Assembly (NCBI GenBank): GCA_946965045.2 | Contig: OX337229.1 | Span: forward strand, 2,232,001-2,296,000 | DNA: 64,000 nucleotides | Direction: 5' to 3' | Origin: Epithemia pelagica | Lineage: Eukaryota > Protista > Bacillariophyta | Part shown: positions 12,700 through 25,600 of the stretch, piece after piece | Position numbering within the stretch: the first letter of the stretch is position 1 | Layout: each line of letters starts with the position of its first letter | Translations under genes and position numbers: made by a program | The notes under the pieces: generated by a model | What the model was told of the DNA's origin: nothing | The model's database searches: none | Seen by the model: only the letters and a program-made list of their open reading frames with translations

Positions 12700-13860
12700 T
12701 TGAATACTTTGAAGTCTGGCAATATGGCCGTGATTGAGTTGCATACACCATGTTGGAAATCATGGAGATGCAAGGCACACCCAAATTCTGATGCCGGTTT
12801 TGGAAGTATGTCATGAAAGACATACCCTCACCCCCCCCCCCCCCCCCCCACACTGTCATTGAACACAATCTTCAAAATGGATCCATCAGTATAAGGGGAA
12901 CGAAGATCCTTGTACCGGAAAGAAATTCTTCACACCAAGATGGCTGTCGTGGAGCAAATGAAGAATGCTGTGTATATCCAATACACAGTGCTGAAGGATG
13001 TGTACAGGGTTGATTTCATCTCTAGGATACCGGAGTTCTGGGTAATCCAAACGGAAACCCAACCTAATGGTAACCCAAACGAACAATTTTTGTTTGAATG
13101 CCATGACAAGACTCCCAGTCGTGTTGATCAATTTTGAATATGTAGCAAGTGATGGAAAATCATTCTTCAACAGAGTGGTGTCGTGAGAAGAATGAGGGGG
13201 CTGGGAACTTAGAGTTTGGAACCAACCACCAATGCCGGTGATGAGATCAGAGAAGACATTGGTAGCGATGAAAAATATACCAATTGGTAACACATTATGT
13301 TGTTCTGTGAGAGGATGAGCAGAAAGCAACAACCACGTTGAAGAAACGCTTGAGTCTGAAGAAAGAGTAAGCGTAAGAACACCCACATGAGCTGCATTTA
13401 GTTTTGAATTCCGTAAGTGTGGGAGAGAAGATCGTCCAGAGGACGGGGAAGTGTCACAGATTCTGAGCAAGGGGTTGGATTTTGAAGGAAGGACCATCTG
13501 GATGCCCCCCACAGTAATTACCACCGAGACAATATTTGAATATGACCCGGTGGCACATGCTTCTTTATGGGATGTTGGTGATTGTGAACCATACATAGAT
13601 TTCCTGTTTCTATTTGATAGACTGCTGCGTTTTAATAGTTAGGTTTGCATGGATACATTTTGGGAAAGTGATTCGGATTGTGATAAAGCAAAAGCCACTT
13701 CCACGGCTTCCTTGGAATCAGCTCATACCATGATGGATGGTATTAAAAGATATGCTACAAGGTAAGGTAAGAAAGGAAAATTGATTACCAATGGTTGGAT
13801 GATACCCAAGTACCACAATCTGATACACATTGTAAAACAGATACAAAACTTTGGTCGCGC
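12700..13860 (+). mobile_element. Putative Plavaka-type transposase relic
   Basis: 13775-13856 reads GKLITNGWMIPKYHNLIHIVKQIQNFG, resembling the recalled IPKFH.L.H....I..FG motif. It is preceded by FLFLFDRLLRFNS. Heavily decayed. Confidence 0.45.
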
Positions 13861-14239
13861 AAGGCTAGCGTGTGTTTTTCCAAATGCGACGAAGGATGAT
13901 ATCCACAGTACGCAAGTTCTCAGCCAAGGCGTGGTGGTATCATATGCTTACCTGTAATTTGTTTGATAAGAAGGAAGGCCCAACGGGTGACATCCTATTT
14001 GTCAAAATTTCACAGCGTTAATAGCGCTAACAGCAATATTGCTGCAACCCGTTGTGCTCGTCGATAAGTTTCCCTCCTTGGTATCCCTGAGGCTGGACAC
14101 ATCTTCTGTTCTTCCCGACATACGGGGCATTTGTAGTTGACATCCCTTGGTTGAAACGAGTGATCGCATAGTGAGACTTGTTGTATTCGGACTGTGACAT
14201 AAAGTGATTAGACTAGGTTAGCTAGGCAGATCAACCGAT

Positions 14240-14860
14240 GCACTCAAGAAAGGAGACCTTTGTTTGGCCTGGATGAAACTCGAGAAGAAGCGAAGACAAG
14301 GTCAATCTCTTCGATCCCTTCCATCAGAACACCCTGGATGATCCAAGGACTGGATCACTCACTGAGCTGACAAAGCAGAGGCGTGAGTTGAAGGATATTG
14401 GGCATAATGGATATTGGGCATAATATGGATGACGACACGTTCCTGATCCACGTCATGATGTCCCTACCGAAGGAGTACCACAAAGTTGTACGAGACATGA
14501 AAAAGTTAGTGATGTCTGGGAATTTGACTGGGGAAGAGACAACCAGTTTGCCTTCAGATCAATACAGTATTCTGAAGAAGGAGAACAATTGGGATGCGTC
14601 AGAAACTGCACTAACAATCGAAGTCAGGGCAACAATCGTCAACAACAAAACTTACACTAAGAAGAAGTATAAAGGGATATGATGTCCTCACTGTGGCAAA
14701 ATGGGTCACAAAGGAGCTGATTGTTGGACAAGAGAAGAAAACAAGACCAAGAGGCCCAGCAATTATAAGGCAAAAGGACAGAGGTCCGCGCATACCAACA
14801 CTGGTGGCACCAACAGAGTAGGAATCTCCAAAATTTAGGTACAAATAGTAAAATGAGGGG
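14240..14860 (+). mobile_element. Copia gag fragment with CCHC knuckle
   Basis: KGDLCLAWMKL, DDDTFLIHVMMSLPKEY, and (C)PHCGKMGHKGADCW at about 14680-14730. Confidence 0.8.
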
Positions 14861-15059
14861 TTTCTGACTGCTTCTCGGTAAGGCCGGCATATCCCATTAG
14901 ACGTCCACAAAATACTGGACAGACGCACAGACTAATCCCGAACTCTAATACATCTCGTGTGTGACACGTGTAGATCTAGGCTGGCTTGACCTGAGTGATC
15001 AACCGTCACAAGTTGAAGGCTTGAGCATTAGATCGTTGTACTCCCAAGATTCTTTTTTC

Positions 15060-16182
15060 ATGAAAAACTCACCCACGAAACGCAGCAGAACAGAGCAAGA
15101 CAATAAGGCCAACCATCTTTCTTCAGTCATCCATTGTTTCAAATCTAAGAAAAGTTCCTCACAACGGACACAGGCTGCCTTGTGTATATTGGAGGCTGGT
15201 GGTAAACCACCTCCTTCCTCATCTAAGCGTTTCAGACGACATCAAAACAAACGAAGGAAGGAAAAAAAAGATTCAAAATCTCTTCCAAGTTCCAGATGTG
15301 CCAAGCTCCTTCAAATGGAAGAAATCGACGTTGGAAAAGAAAATGATTGCCTTCCATGATGAACATTTGGCAGATGACACGAAGAACAAAGGCTCCAATA
15401 ATCAACCATTCTTTTCCCCACTTGCAGAATTTGTTACAACGGATGTGGGAAGGGCCGGAGCCATATTTCAAACGGACGATTCAACACTGCCTGTTTATGT
15501 CAAGACGCCTATGAGTGAAATGACAACACCACTTTTCCAGAAGAAGATCCTGTGCATATTTGAGAAATTCGAGGATGAATACAAGACTCCCCAACAAAGA
15601 GGTCAATCCCGCTGCATCGGATTGGAGTCCCACAACTTGTCATATATCGCAATTGGTAAACATGCCAATCGTGGAGGAAAAGGCATCGTCAATTCGAAAA
15701 TGAAACTTCTACATTGGTGAGAAAAGGAAACCCTGATTCGGTTTGTACGACAAGTGGAAGAATGCTTCTGTCAATGGGTCGACTCCTCCTTTTTAATTGG
15801 CTTTTCCATGATAAAGGCAATCCAGGAAATCGAAAGTCTCTCTTTTGAAGGCAAAGAATCAACCTTTTTCTCTTCCATTGCTTTCGGAAAGAATGTTTTC
15901 CTTCCAGCCCATACAGACAACGATTTCTTTTATTCTGTTGTCATGGCACTCGCGAGAGAGCCCGAGAAGACAGGTGACGACATCCTATGCTACTTTGTTT
16001 TCCCAGAGCATGGGCAGAAAGTTCCAATGAGAAATCTTGACTTTCTCATATTCAATCCACAAGTGTACCATTGTGTTTCGAAAAGGGTAACCCACGACAA
16101 TGTTTATTGTGCCTCATTTTACATCAAAACTGCAGTCGTTGGGAAGAACGACCTTGAACAATGTATCTGTAATAACTATTAG
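15060..16182 (+). pseudogene. TET/JBP-family 2OG-Fe(II) dioxygenase (one frameshift, one TGA)
   Basis: ATG at 15060; frameshift in an A8 run (15262-15269); in-frame TGA at 15718. C-terminal domain: SIAFGKNVFLPAHTDND (HxD), YFVFPEHGQKVPMRNLDFLIFNPQVYHCVS (distal His), then CASFYIK. Motif spacing resembles TET/JBP enzymes. Confidence 0.7.
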
Positions 16183-16278
16183 AACTAGTATCTAACACTA
16201 TCGTTTCATAGGGCAACCAATATCTCCTAGTGAGCGTTTAGTAACTGGGGAGCATGTTTTCTCATATATATGTTGTTC

Positions 16279-19200
16279 TCAATCAAACTGCGTAAGTCCC
16301 AGTTTTGCTCCACGGAATCTTCGACAGTGACGGGAATGCTCCGAATTTGATGAAACCCATTCTTGGCCATGATTATGGTTACTTCTTTGTGCCATGTCCT
16401 TGCGAATAGATCTTGTAAGTTCACATATGCTGGCAACTGGCTTCATCAAATCCACTGCGTTGTTATTATAGTTTGCTGAACGAAACATCTTCTTAAGGTC
16501 AGTGATTTCTTCCATCATTAATTTGATAAATGAGCTTGGTACCAGAGTCTCTCCGTATTCTTCATCGCATTTCTCGTGAACATTATTGTCGAAAACATCA
16601 CTGGACGTTTCATCAACTACAAGGTAAGCAGATATTTCATCATTGTTTATCTTGTTTCTGTTTTGACTGTCATCATCATTAGGATAAGGATTGTCAACAA
16701 CACCAGGAATAGTTGGCATTGAAGTACCATACCGAGGGCCAATATCCTCAGGAGCTACAAAAGATTCTTGTGTTAGAGTTTCATGATTCGCCATTTCAAT
16801 AGGATTCTCTGGTAGCAAGAATTCTTGAAACGTATCTCCGGCTCTCTTGATTTGTTCATCGGAATAGTTCATGCACTGTTTTTGTCGTTCTTCTATCCAA
16901 TCCGGAATATGACCTGTCTCCGGACAGTAGCTCCACAACTCCTTCTCATTCCACAACCTGCCTGTTTGTATAGGGAATTTGGGGCCACTGATGTCATTGG
17001 TCAAAAGCTCTTTTAACATGTCGTTCACCGTATTGTCAGTACTTTCATTTGTTGATCGAAAAGCAAAGAAAATATACTTTTCTACCAAACCACACTCACA
17101 TCATGGTGTGAGAATCCGTTATACTCGTCGCACTCAAAACTCAAGACTGCCGCTTGATGAGAATATGGATATCCACATCGCTGGAACGTCGAACAAGGCA
17201 CAGCAGTCTACCAGTCTCATCCAGTGTGACCGTCTGTGTTCGATGCCAAACAGGATAGAGGCGTTTCCTTTCTGTTTCCAAAACTGTCTGTTCCACATTG
17301 ACCACATCCCATGACCATGGAGACTGTGGTTGTCGTCGTATGGCATATTTGATCCTATTGTCCCAAGCCTTATTCACTATATCATGGCACAATTCAGTTA
17401 CCATTCCATTTAAAGGAAGTCCCGTCTGCTTCATCCAAACAGATTTTGATTCCACTCGACTGGCCGCTAGTCTGATCTGAGAGTTGATAGTGACATCTGA
17501 TTGGAACTTCCCGTCTGCTTCTTCCAAACAGATTTCGATTCCACTCGACTGGCCGCTAGTCTTATCTGAGAGTTGATAGTGACATCTGATTGGAACTTCC
17601 CGTCTGCTTCATCCAAACAGATTTCAATTCCACTCGACTGGCCGCTAGTCTTATCTGAGAGTTGATAGTGACATCTGATTGGAACTTCAATATGGCAGCA
17701 TCAGCTTGCACAGTTCCACCCGGAACAACTGCAGCAGAATGTTCCTTCATACCACAATTTGTCCCTTCAGGACTGCTGTTTGTACATTCATCATAATGTC
17801 AAAGATTCTTACGGTAACAATGGACAAGATGTCGGTCATGTATAAAAACATATCCTGTTAGGAAACGTAGAATTTCCCATTTCTGGAATGAATATAGGCC
17901 AGTAGTAATGACTTTGATGTAATCAATTCGTCTTGAGTCTCGCAATACCTGCGGTACATGAAAGTATAACACCACTGTTTGACAGTGTACCCAAAGAGTT
18001 TGTACTCCCGACTATAGTTTGTATCAATTGCATTACCAAAAGAGCAATGCTGTGACCAACCTTTATGGATGATGTGCCATCCACATCAAAGACGAACACA
18101 ATTTGGCATGAACCGTCTACAAGCTTCTTCAACTTCGGTGATTTCATGCGAATCTCCATCAGTGATTATCGCTTTTATCTCATTAACCCATTCCCCACTA
18201 AGAAGCTTTGGCAAAGCCCAGGAGAAAACCCATCGAAATGTCGCTTGTTTTTGATCACGCAAGAACATTTGAAGTATAATGATGTATATTCCAAAGGATG
18301 TGCGAATTGAGGCCGTTAGAAGAGGTCTAGATTCCTTGTTGGTTCCTTCAGTAACATCCATCTTGAGAACATGAGGAAATAAGCGGAACATACGCTTCTC
18401 CTTGTTTGTGATCCAAGCACATGCGATGAAGAAATTTTGGTCTGGTTGGATTTGCAATGTATCCATATCTGTGGAGTATTCATCAAGAATTTCTGCACAA
18501 AAGGCAGTCATGTCAGTGACATCTCGTTTCCCATCATCATATTGGTTCTTACTGAATATCATACCAGCTTGACGCTGGAGTCTTGCATTTATTAGGTCCC
18601 CCCCCCCCCCCCCCCCCAAAATACAGTAACTCAATTCAGGAGTTGACCGTAACCATTCCACCACAGCTTCTGCACCGACTTTAATTCCCTTGCAGTGATA
18701 TTTAGATTCTGATGCCATAGTACAAAATGCCCACCACGTTTGCTCGGGTGTGAGTGTAATGTCATGAATCGCGTGGAAGAAGTTGCATCCCAAAGCAGGT
18801 CCAGTGTTTGCCTTGCCAAGCTCAGCTGCCCTTTTGCGCTGTTCACGTGTTAGATGTCGAAGTTTGGTTAGAATGTCTGTTGCCATCCGTTTGAAATGGT
18901 TACAATGTGTTAATGACCCTGAGCTACGTTTTAATATATCGATGTAGATGTCAAATCGGAATGAGCATGTATCTTCGTTTTTGAGTGCGTGATTCGTAAC
19001 AACCTTCCGTGGACCCTTTTTCCCATCAATTCCCCTGCTGTTGCCTCTTTTGTCATTGTGTAACGAGATGTTCCGGTGTTCCACTTCAATGCTATTCCCT
19101 GGAGGCTGTTTACGCTTCTTGTTGTACCGTCAGTAGCGGTCACACATGAATGTTCTTGACATGTATGGAGGTTCACTTCCCATTGGAAAAGCCTTACGAT

Positions 19201-20182
19201 TAGCCAATGACTTCTTGTTTGTGTTACCATTCATTACAATAGAAAAACCATTCGCAATGGCAGCTCTGGAAATACAGGCTCGTAACATTGAAAAAGACCC
19301 TTGTTCATCAAAAACATTGCTGGGGTTGGTACAAGGAGGCAATTCATTTCTGTTGAAATATGCGTAGTAGCCTTTGATGTGGTCTGCTTGAGGGAGCCAT
19401 CCAATGAACGCGCAAATGTCGACGTCCATTGTTGTCGCAGTTGAAATACAGTCATCTCCAGTGTACATTGGGAATGTCATAGGTGAGACCCATTCTGTTT
19501 CTAAGGAGTTAAAGTATCGGTCCAATTCATATTGAATTCTGTCATGAAGATTTGTATAATCGTTACTGATCGTTCGAAGTGTCGTTGATTTTTTTTGCTC
19601 ATTTAATTTTTTGACGTATAATTGGAGTACTTTCATTTTTTTAATCAAATTTAGGACAATAGTAGAAGCGTCCTTGATGGTAGCAGACATGTCCATAGTA
19701 TTATTTGTTTCCCTTGTTGCTTCCAATCGTGATCTGTTAGGAATCTTATGGACTTCCAGAATATGTGTCTCACTGGTAACCTGTTCAGAATTCTCCAGTT
19801 CTTGGTTGTCTGAAACGTTTCGAGGGCAAGTGATGACAGTAGCTTCCTGACCGACGGGCTCACCTACTGGGTCCCGGTAGGACTCAATTTCTGGACTGGT
19901 ATTAAATGTGGGTGGATCGGTGTTAATGAATGAATTTGATTGGACAAAGGTTTTGTAAAATGTGTTTCCTTGAAGTACTTGTGCCACTTCTTCGACATCA
20001 CTTGGTACACGCAAATTAAACGGTAAGAAAGAAACTTTCTGACCGTCCATGATTTGACCCTTGACACGTCCTTTCTTCTTATTGGGAACGGGAACACGAG
20101 TGACCCACCCAACGTGGTCCTTGTGTAAAAGTGATGGTAGCAAACTGACCAACCCTCCATTTGGAATTACGGGGCAAATCAA
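16279..20182 (-). mobile_element. Mutator-like (MULE) transposase pseudogene with FAR1-like, DDE and SWIM regions
   Basis: ORFs 19130-20182 and 18086-19084 are in frame across TGAs at 19130 and 18086. Motifs: CSFRF..HCNH; KMDVTEGTNKESRPLL; IITDGD; RL*CGWH; a frameshifted SWIM-like C..(S)TFQRCGYPYSHQ at about 17150-17210. No TIRs found. Confidence 0.85.
17421..17688. repeat. 89-bp unit x3 inside the MULE transposase
   Basis: cccgtctgcttcatccaaacag...gattggaactt starts at 17421, 17510 and 17599. Confidence 0.97.
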
Positions 20183-20490
20183 TCAAGCTGATGTAGGTAT
20201 TAATTTTGATATCATTCCCAAATTAAAAATATAATATTTACAAAGTGGAGGACATTAACGAAGTGGAGGACATCTGAGAGTCCTCCTCATTCTTATATAA
20301 TATAAGAGTTCTTTGTTCTCATTCATGTAGAGTATAAAACTGTTCCTAGCCTTGCCAACTACTTGCCATTTCTGAGAATACACTACCACACCATCAATAT
20401 AAGACCCACCTTCAACTATATAGGCGACCTCTCTATTAAAATTATCGGGATCTTCTTTTCAGTCGTGGAATCCAAACTCGTTTCAATTGC

Positions 20491-21822
20491 ATGTGGTTTG
20501 AAAGAAAAAACAGGATGAAGAAACAGATGGTCTTCATTGATCTTTGCAAACTCTTTGATGCCGGTGAACTGAAAGTGGAAGTGATGGTTTCAAACACCAC
20601 AATGACTAAGAAAAAGACTACGAAACCTAGACCAATGGAGAAGGAAGAAAAACGAAAGGACGATCAGGACAACGAACATGTCATTTTGGAAGTGGAGGAA
20701 GGAGAGGTCTTGAAACAGAAAGCAAGTCAAGTAACAACCAACATGTTGCCAAATGCAACAGAGAAGAGAGTGGAAGGGAATGACGAGAGGAAAAGGAAAG
20801 CTTCACAAACTTTGGAAGGAATGATGAATGGTTCATATTAAGCAGTAAGATGTGAAGTATCAACAAGACTTCTACTTATTCTACTTTGTAGAGACAAAAG
20901 CGCAACATTCTGTCATCCAAAGCCAGCGAAACTCTCTGTACATCCACAAGAGAGAAGAGAGCATACAAGAGTATACAATAGTATAATGCAACACTTGGGA
21001 GCATATCATTGAATACATATACTGAGAAAGACACTTGCGATGGAAAATGTTGGGTGGTGGATCAGTCTCAACCAGGGGCACGGGCAGGAAAGACAAATGT
21101 TACGCAAACCCGCCCAACAAGCAAAAAGGTGCTCACAATCCACCAAATGCCCCCAGCAATTCGTCTTGCAATAAAGGCTCTACACTCGAAGCATGACGAG
21201 AGCTTACGAGTGGGCCTGGGCAAAATCCTGCTTCTCGACAACACTGGATTTGGGCTTCCCCCAAATGTCGGTGGTGGTGTCCGGGCTCAACAATACGGTG
21301 CACCTGCTCGACTTTGCGATATTTGGAGATCGATCTTGTTCAGATCACCCTTTGCAAGATACTTCTGGAGAATGTCGTTATCCAGGTAAATCTTCCATCA
21401 TCCAATTCTGTGGAGTTCTCTGTCTTCTCCGAGATCGGCACTGATCTCTTCAACGACCTAGCCAATTTTTCCCAACTGGACACCCGACATTTGATAATTG
21501 AACTCATGAGATCCCTTGAATCTTGGTTTTATTCAGGTCTCTACAGAGCAGTTGCTTGATTATTGAAACTTATGAAAGGGTACTTTTGGACACTGTACAA
21601 AAATCATTTGATGAGTTCCCAAGAGAGATGATCAACAGAAACTGGCTTGCTTTGCAATCAAGTTTGCTAAATGACGCAGATAGTTTTGTCAGTGGCACTC
21701 CTGGTGTCCCTATAGAAATCCAATATGACAATGGAAGTCACACCCTCCTCAGCAATGGTCCTGACATCAAATCCTTCATCATACTACTTATTTCCTTGAA
21801 GGAGACGTTTTATAAGGAATAA
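20491..21822 (+). pseudogene. Fragmented ORF chain of unknown function, divergent from the MULE transposase
   Basis: Overlapping + strand ORFs 20491-20841, 21009-21389, 21314-21559 and 21523-21822. No motif recognised. Confidence 0.3.
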
Positions 21823-22203
21823 AAGGACATTTTTATTTTCTTGAAAAAGGAAAATAAAAGGAAAATGGAAAATTTTTTTGTGGTCCACAGGAGAACTAAA
21901 TGAGAAACAAAACCTCCATTTTTGACACTTATGGTCCACTACAAAGGTGTGTCAAGATACCATAAGATCTTGTTGGGACAAAATAGCCTATGATGTGTGG
22001 TCTAAAACCTCTTTGAATCGGTGAGTTTTTCTATCTTGGTCAAGGCTTACTGAATGCTTGCAGCAACCCTGTCCTACAGTTTGGTCAATGTACAACACAT
22101 TAGGGAGTTGATTGCACCTCTCTGTTCATCACCACCCAAAAAATCTGTTTTTTATATTCTTATTTCAAAAGACTAATTTCCAATCCTTCTATGAATAATT
22201 CTT

Positions 22204-22600
22204 GTGAAGGCAAGAATAGATTGTGTAAACATTCTGATGTTTCGACACGTCCAAATATGTGAATGGCATCATCTGCAAATGCTATGTTCAGCCATTCAAG
22301 TTTTGACAGATGGTGGAGAGTCCACTTGTCATCAAGGAAGGTTCAGGTCACAACGTAGAGTAAACCATACTCCATCATTCAGAGTAAGTATGATGCATTC
22401 TCAGAAGTTCAAAAATAGGACTGTGACTGGAATTGCTCCTCCCTCTTTCAAGACAGCCTGGTGTATGGAATTATATCAACAAGAAATTTTGAGTTGCAAT
22501 TATGGATACACACAGCAAAATGGAATACCGTGTGACCATTTATTCTGTGTTGAAGATGCATATGGTTTGGAAAAAATTTCACCCGATAGTTACAGTTCAT
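22204..22600 (+). mobile_element. MULE C-terminal (SWIM) fragment
   Basis: LSCNYGYTQQNGIPCDHLFCV is a SWIM-like C..GIPCxH motif. It is cut at about 22600 by the copia RNaseH. Confidence 0.55.
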
Positions 22601-22601
22601 C

Positions 22602-25600
22602 TAGAGGGACTCCCAACATCCTAAGTGTGTATCGAAGATCCAGAACTTGATCAGTCATAGTACGTCCTGCGATGAACTCTGAAGTGAACGTCGCAGTGGC
22701 GACAGTACTTTGTTTCTTGGAGTACCAATCTACAGGGGTCTTGTTGACAAACATCAGCACACCGGTCATTACACGTCCTGTGATGAGGTCATGATATAGA
22801 TTTGCATCAAAGAATGCAGAAATCCTGACCATCTTTCCTCACGGCGTCGGCATGTTTTGAGAAAGTTCTTCATCAATATTTCCATAAATGGAATTCAACC
22901 AATCATGTTCTTCTCCTTTGAGTTCACTATAATCAGGAATACCTGTCCTGACTCTTATAGCTCCATCTTGAAAATGCTTGACGTATCCATAGAGACGTTT
23001 CATGCGATCATTGTGTCCAATTCTTGGGGCAACACGGTATGAAGATAATGCGTTTACAGCAATTGCTACATCAAAACGGCCAAGTGTGAATAACCATTGT
23101 GTAGCACCAACCATTGACATGTACTTTGCTATGCCCTCTTCATCCAAGAAATCTGTTTCAACAAGTTCAGGATGATCACCACTTTGTAGTGGGCATGATT
23201 GTTTCTTCAAGGTCTCCCCTGGAAACATCTTTTCATAAGTACTGACCATCTTCTGAATGTACTTCTTGGGTTTATAATAGAGTGTGTCATCAGGATCTCT
23301 ACCAAAATCACAGCCAAGGTGGAAACTGAGAGGCTCATCACCTTTGAGCTTAAACTTGTGGACATTGACAAGTCTGTCAAGATATTCTCTTGGGTTCTTC
23401 ATGATCAACAGTAGGTCATCTACATATACAGCAATCTATTCATAAACATTACCATTACGTCTCATCCAAACGTCTGTGTCAGCGCGACATGGGGAGAATC
23501 CGTCACTACGCATTGTGTCGGCAAAGCGTTCATTATAACGTTTCCCAGATGTCTTGAGACCGTAGAGTGCCTTGTTTATAACCATAGTGTACCCTTCAAG
23601 ACCAAATGCTCTAAATTCTGGACCAGCTTCGAAGTATACCTTTTCTTTTGTATACGCTTCGAGGTACGCATTCCCAACATCAGCTTGATAAGTCTGTAAG
23701 CCATTGAGCTCACCAATCAAGAGGATAAGTCTGATACTTCTGAGAGATACTACTCCAGAATACACACTTTCCCCAGGATCGTCTGTCAGGTGTCCACCTA
23801 CCACGAATCGTGATTTATGGCGACCATCGTGTTTGACGGCAAAGACCATGCGGCATCTAATCTTGGTGAAGTCAGCAGGCATGTAGACATTAGTTCCCTT
23901 GACTATAAAGGTCTGGTAATCCATTAATTGCTGTATCTCTAGTTTCATTGAATCAAGCCATTTAGTGCTGCCATTTTCTTCATCAAAACGAAGCGCTTCG
24001 GCTGGATGGCGCGGAATGCGAACACCATACATGTACTTGATCTTGTTATGATTATGTTTAGCTTTCTTGATAGATCGTTCCATTCGTTCTTCAGCTTCAA
24101 GAAGACGTTTGTATCTTTTCGAACCTGGAGCGGACAATAGCCCATTGTCTTTTGCATATGTGGCACATGCCATAGGAGCATCCTTGCAGAAGGTGTCGAG
24201 CGGTTCATGTGTGACTGAACCGTCATCCCACTCAATAACGAGATTATACTTGGATCCTTTGTAGCTAGGATGTGTAGGGGATAGTGGGCCTTCATGCGAT
24301 TGGATTTGTTTCCAATTCCAGAATGTAAGATCTTCTGTATTACCTTCCTTGAGGTTGATTTCTTGGGTAGATAGGGCGTCTATGAGCTCCTGATATCCCA
24401 TAATGGGATCGTGTTCTATGTGGGGCACCTTAACTAGATATTTCTCTCTAGCTTCTTGTGTGTCGTTGTCTAGCTCTTGGATCTTGCTAACAACGGTAGC
24501 TTGGAATCTGCGACCATCTTTGGTGGGGTCGGTAAGGAAGGTGCGACCAATGAGGTCGGTTTCATCCAAAGGCGAAAAAACTGGTGGTGGGGGGCATCCA
24601 TCCGACTCAAAATCGCGGGAATGGACTATTTCTTGAATTGCCTTCTGAGAATTCTCCCCTTCGAATGGATCAAGCTGACGGTTACGTTCCGACTCGATGA
24701 GAGCAGACCGTACCGCGGGGCGATGTACGATACGTTGGGTATCATCGCTAAGGATTTGGAACGTCAGGGCATCACCCACATTATCAGCAAAGCCTACCCA
24801 TCTCCCCTTACGTTCTTGTGGGGTAGGGAATTGGCCGGTTTCGGAGTAATAGACCGGTTCATAAAATAGAAAACATGTAGCGGCAGAGATGTCTGGCCAT
24901 TGGCCAGTTAACTTCTGGTGGGGGGATAGGTTATCAAGGGATTCGAGCGAACATATGTTGAGGACGGTCGCGACATATGACAGACACAGAAACCACAAAG
25001 TGGTAGGGGCACCTGTAAAGGTGAGAACCCTGTTGCACGTGTCCTTGAGGAATCCAATCGTGCGTTCAGCAAAATTTTGGTGCTGGTGGTGTGGCTCGCT
25101 CTGATAGTCGGCGATCTTGTACATACGTAGTATATCCTTGACCTTGTTACTGATTTGTGCCTTGGCATTATCGCTAATGAGCATATCCATTGCCCCGCGC
25201 CGGCGAATATTGTCCTCTAGGGTCTGGACAAATTCTCCATCGGTACGGACAGGATAGACATCGACGAATTTGGTCGTACGTCCAACAAAAACTTGGGCAC
25301 CTTTAGCTCCTCCGTCTATTGCGGGGACTTTGGACCACATAGTATCGGTAGCAACTGGCTCGTGACGTCGAGGGACGTTGAAGGCCGGGAACCGTGACTT
25401 GAAAAGCTTCCTGAATAGAATACGGTACATGTTGCGAAACCACTGAGTAGAGTTCTCTAGTGTTTTCTTGACGCGATCTAGGGGCAGCCAAAGGAGATAG
25501 GGCCTTAGCTTCTCATAGTCATAGCTGTTGAGACGCCTATTCCTGGGATTGACTGTAGCATTTAGCTTGTCATCGGTATCCATTGGTTGACCGGGATGTG

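Noticed and set aside
17421-17688. CRISPR-like array
   Set aside because: The units are contiguous with no unique spacers, there are no cas genes, and the context is eukaryotic.
14880-22100. TIRs enclosing the TET-MULE-third gene unit
   Set aside because: Comparing 14880-15060 with 21830-22100 by eye gave no convincing inverted repeat or TSD, so the boundaries stay undefined.
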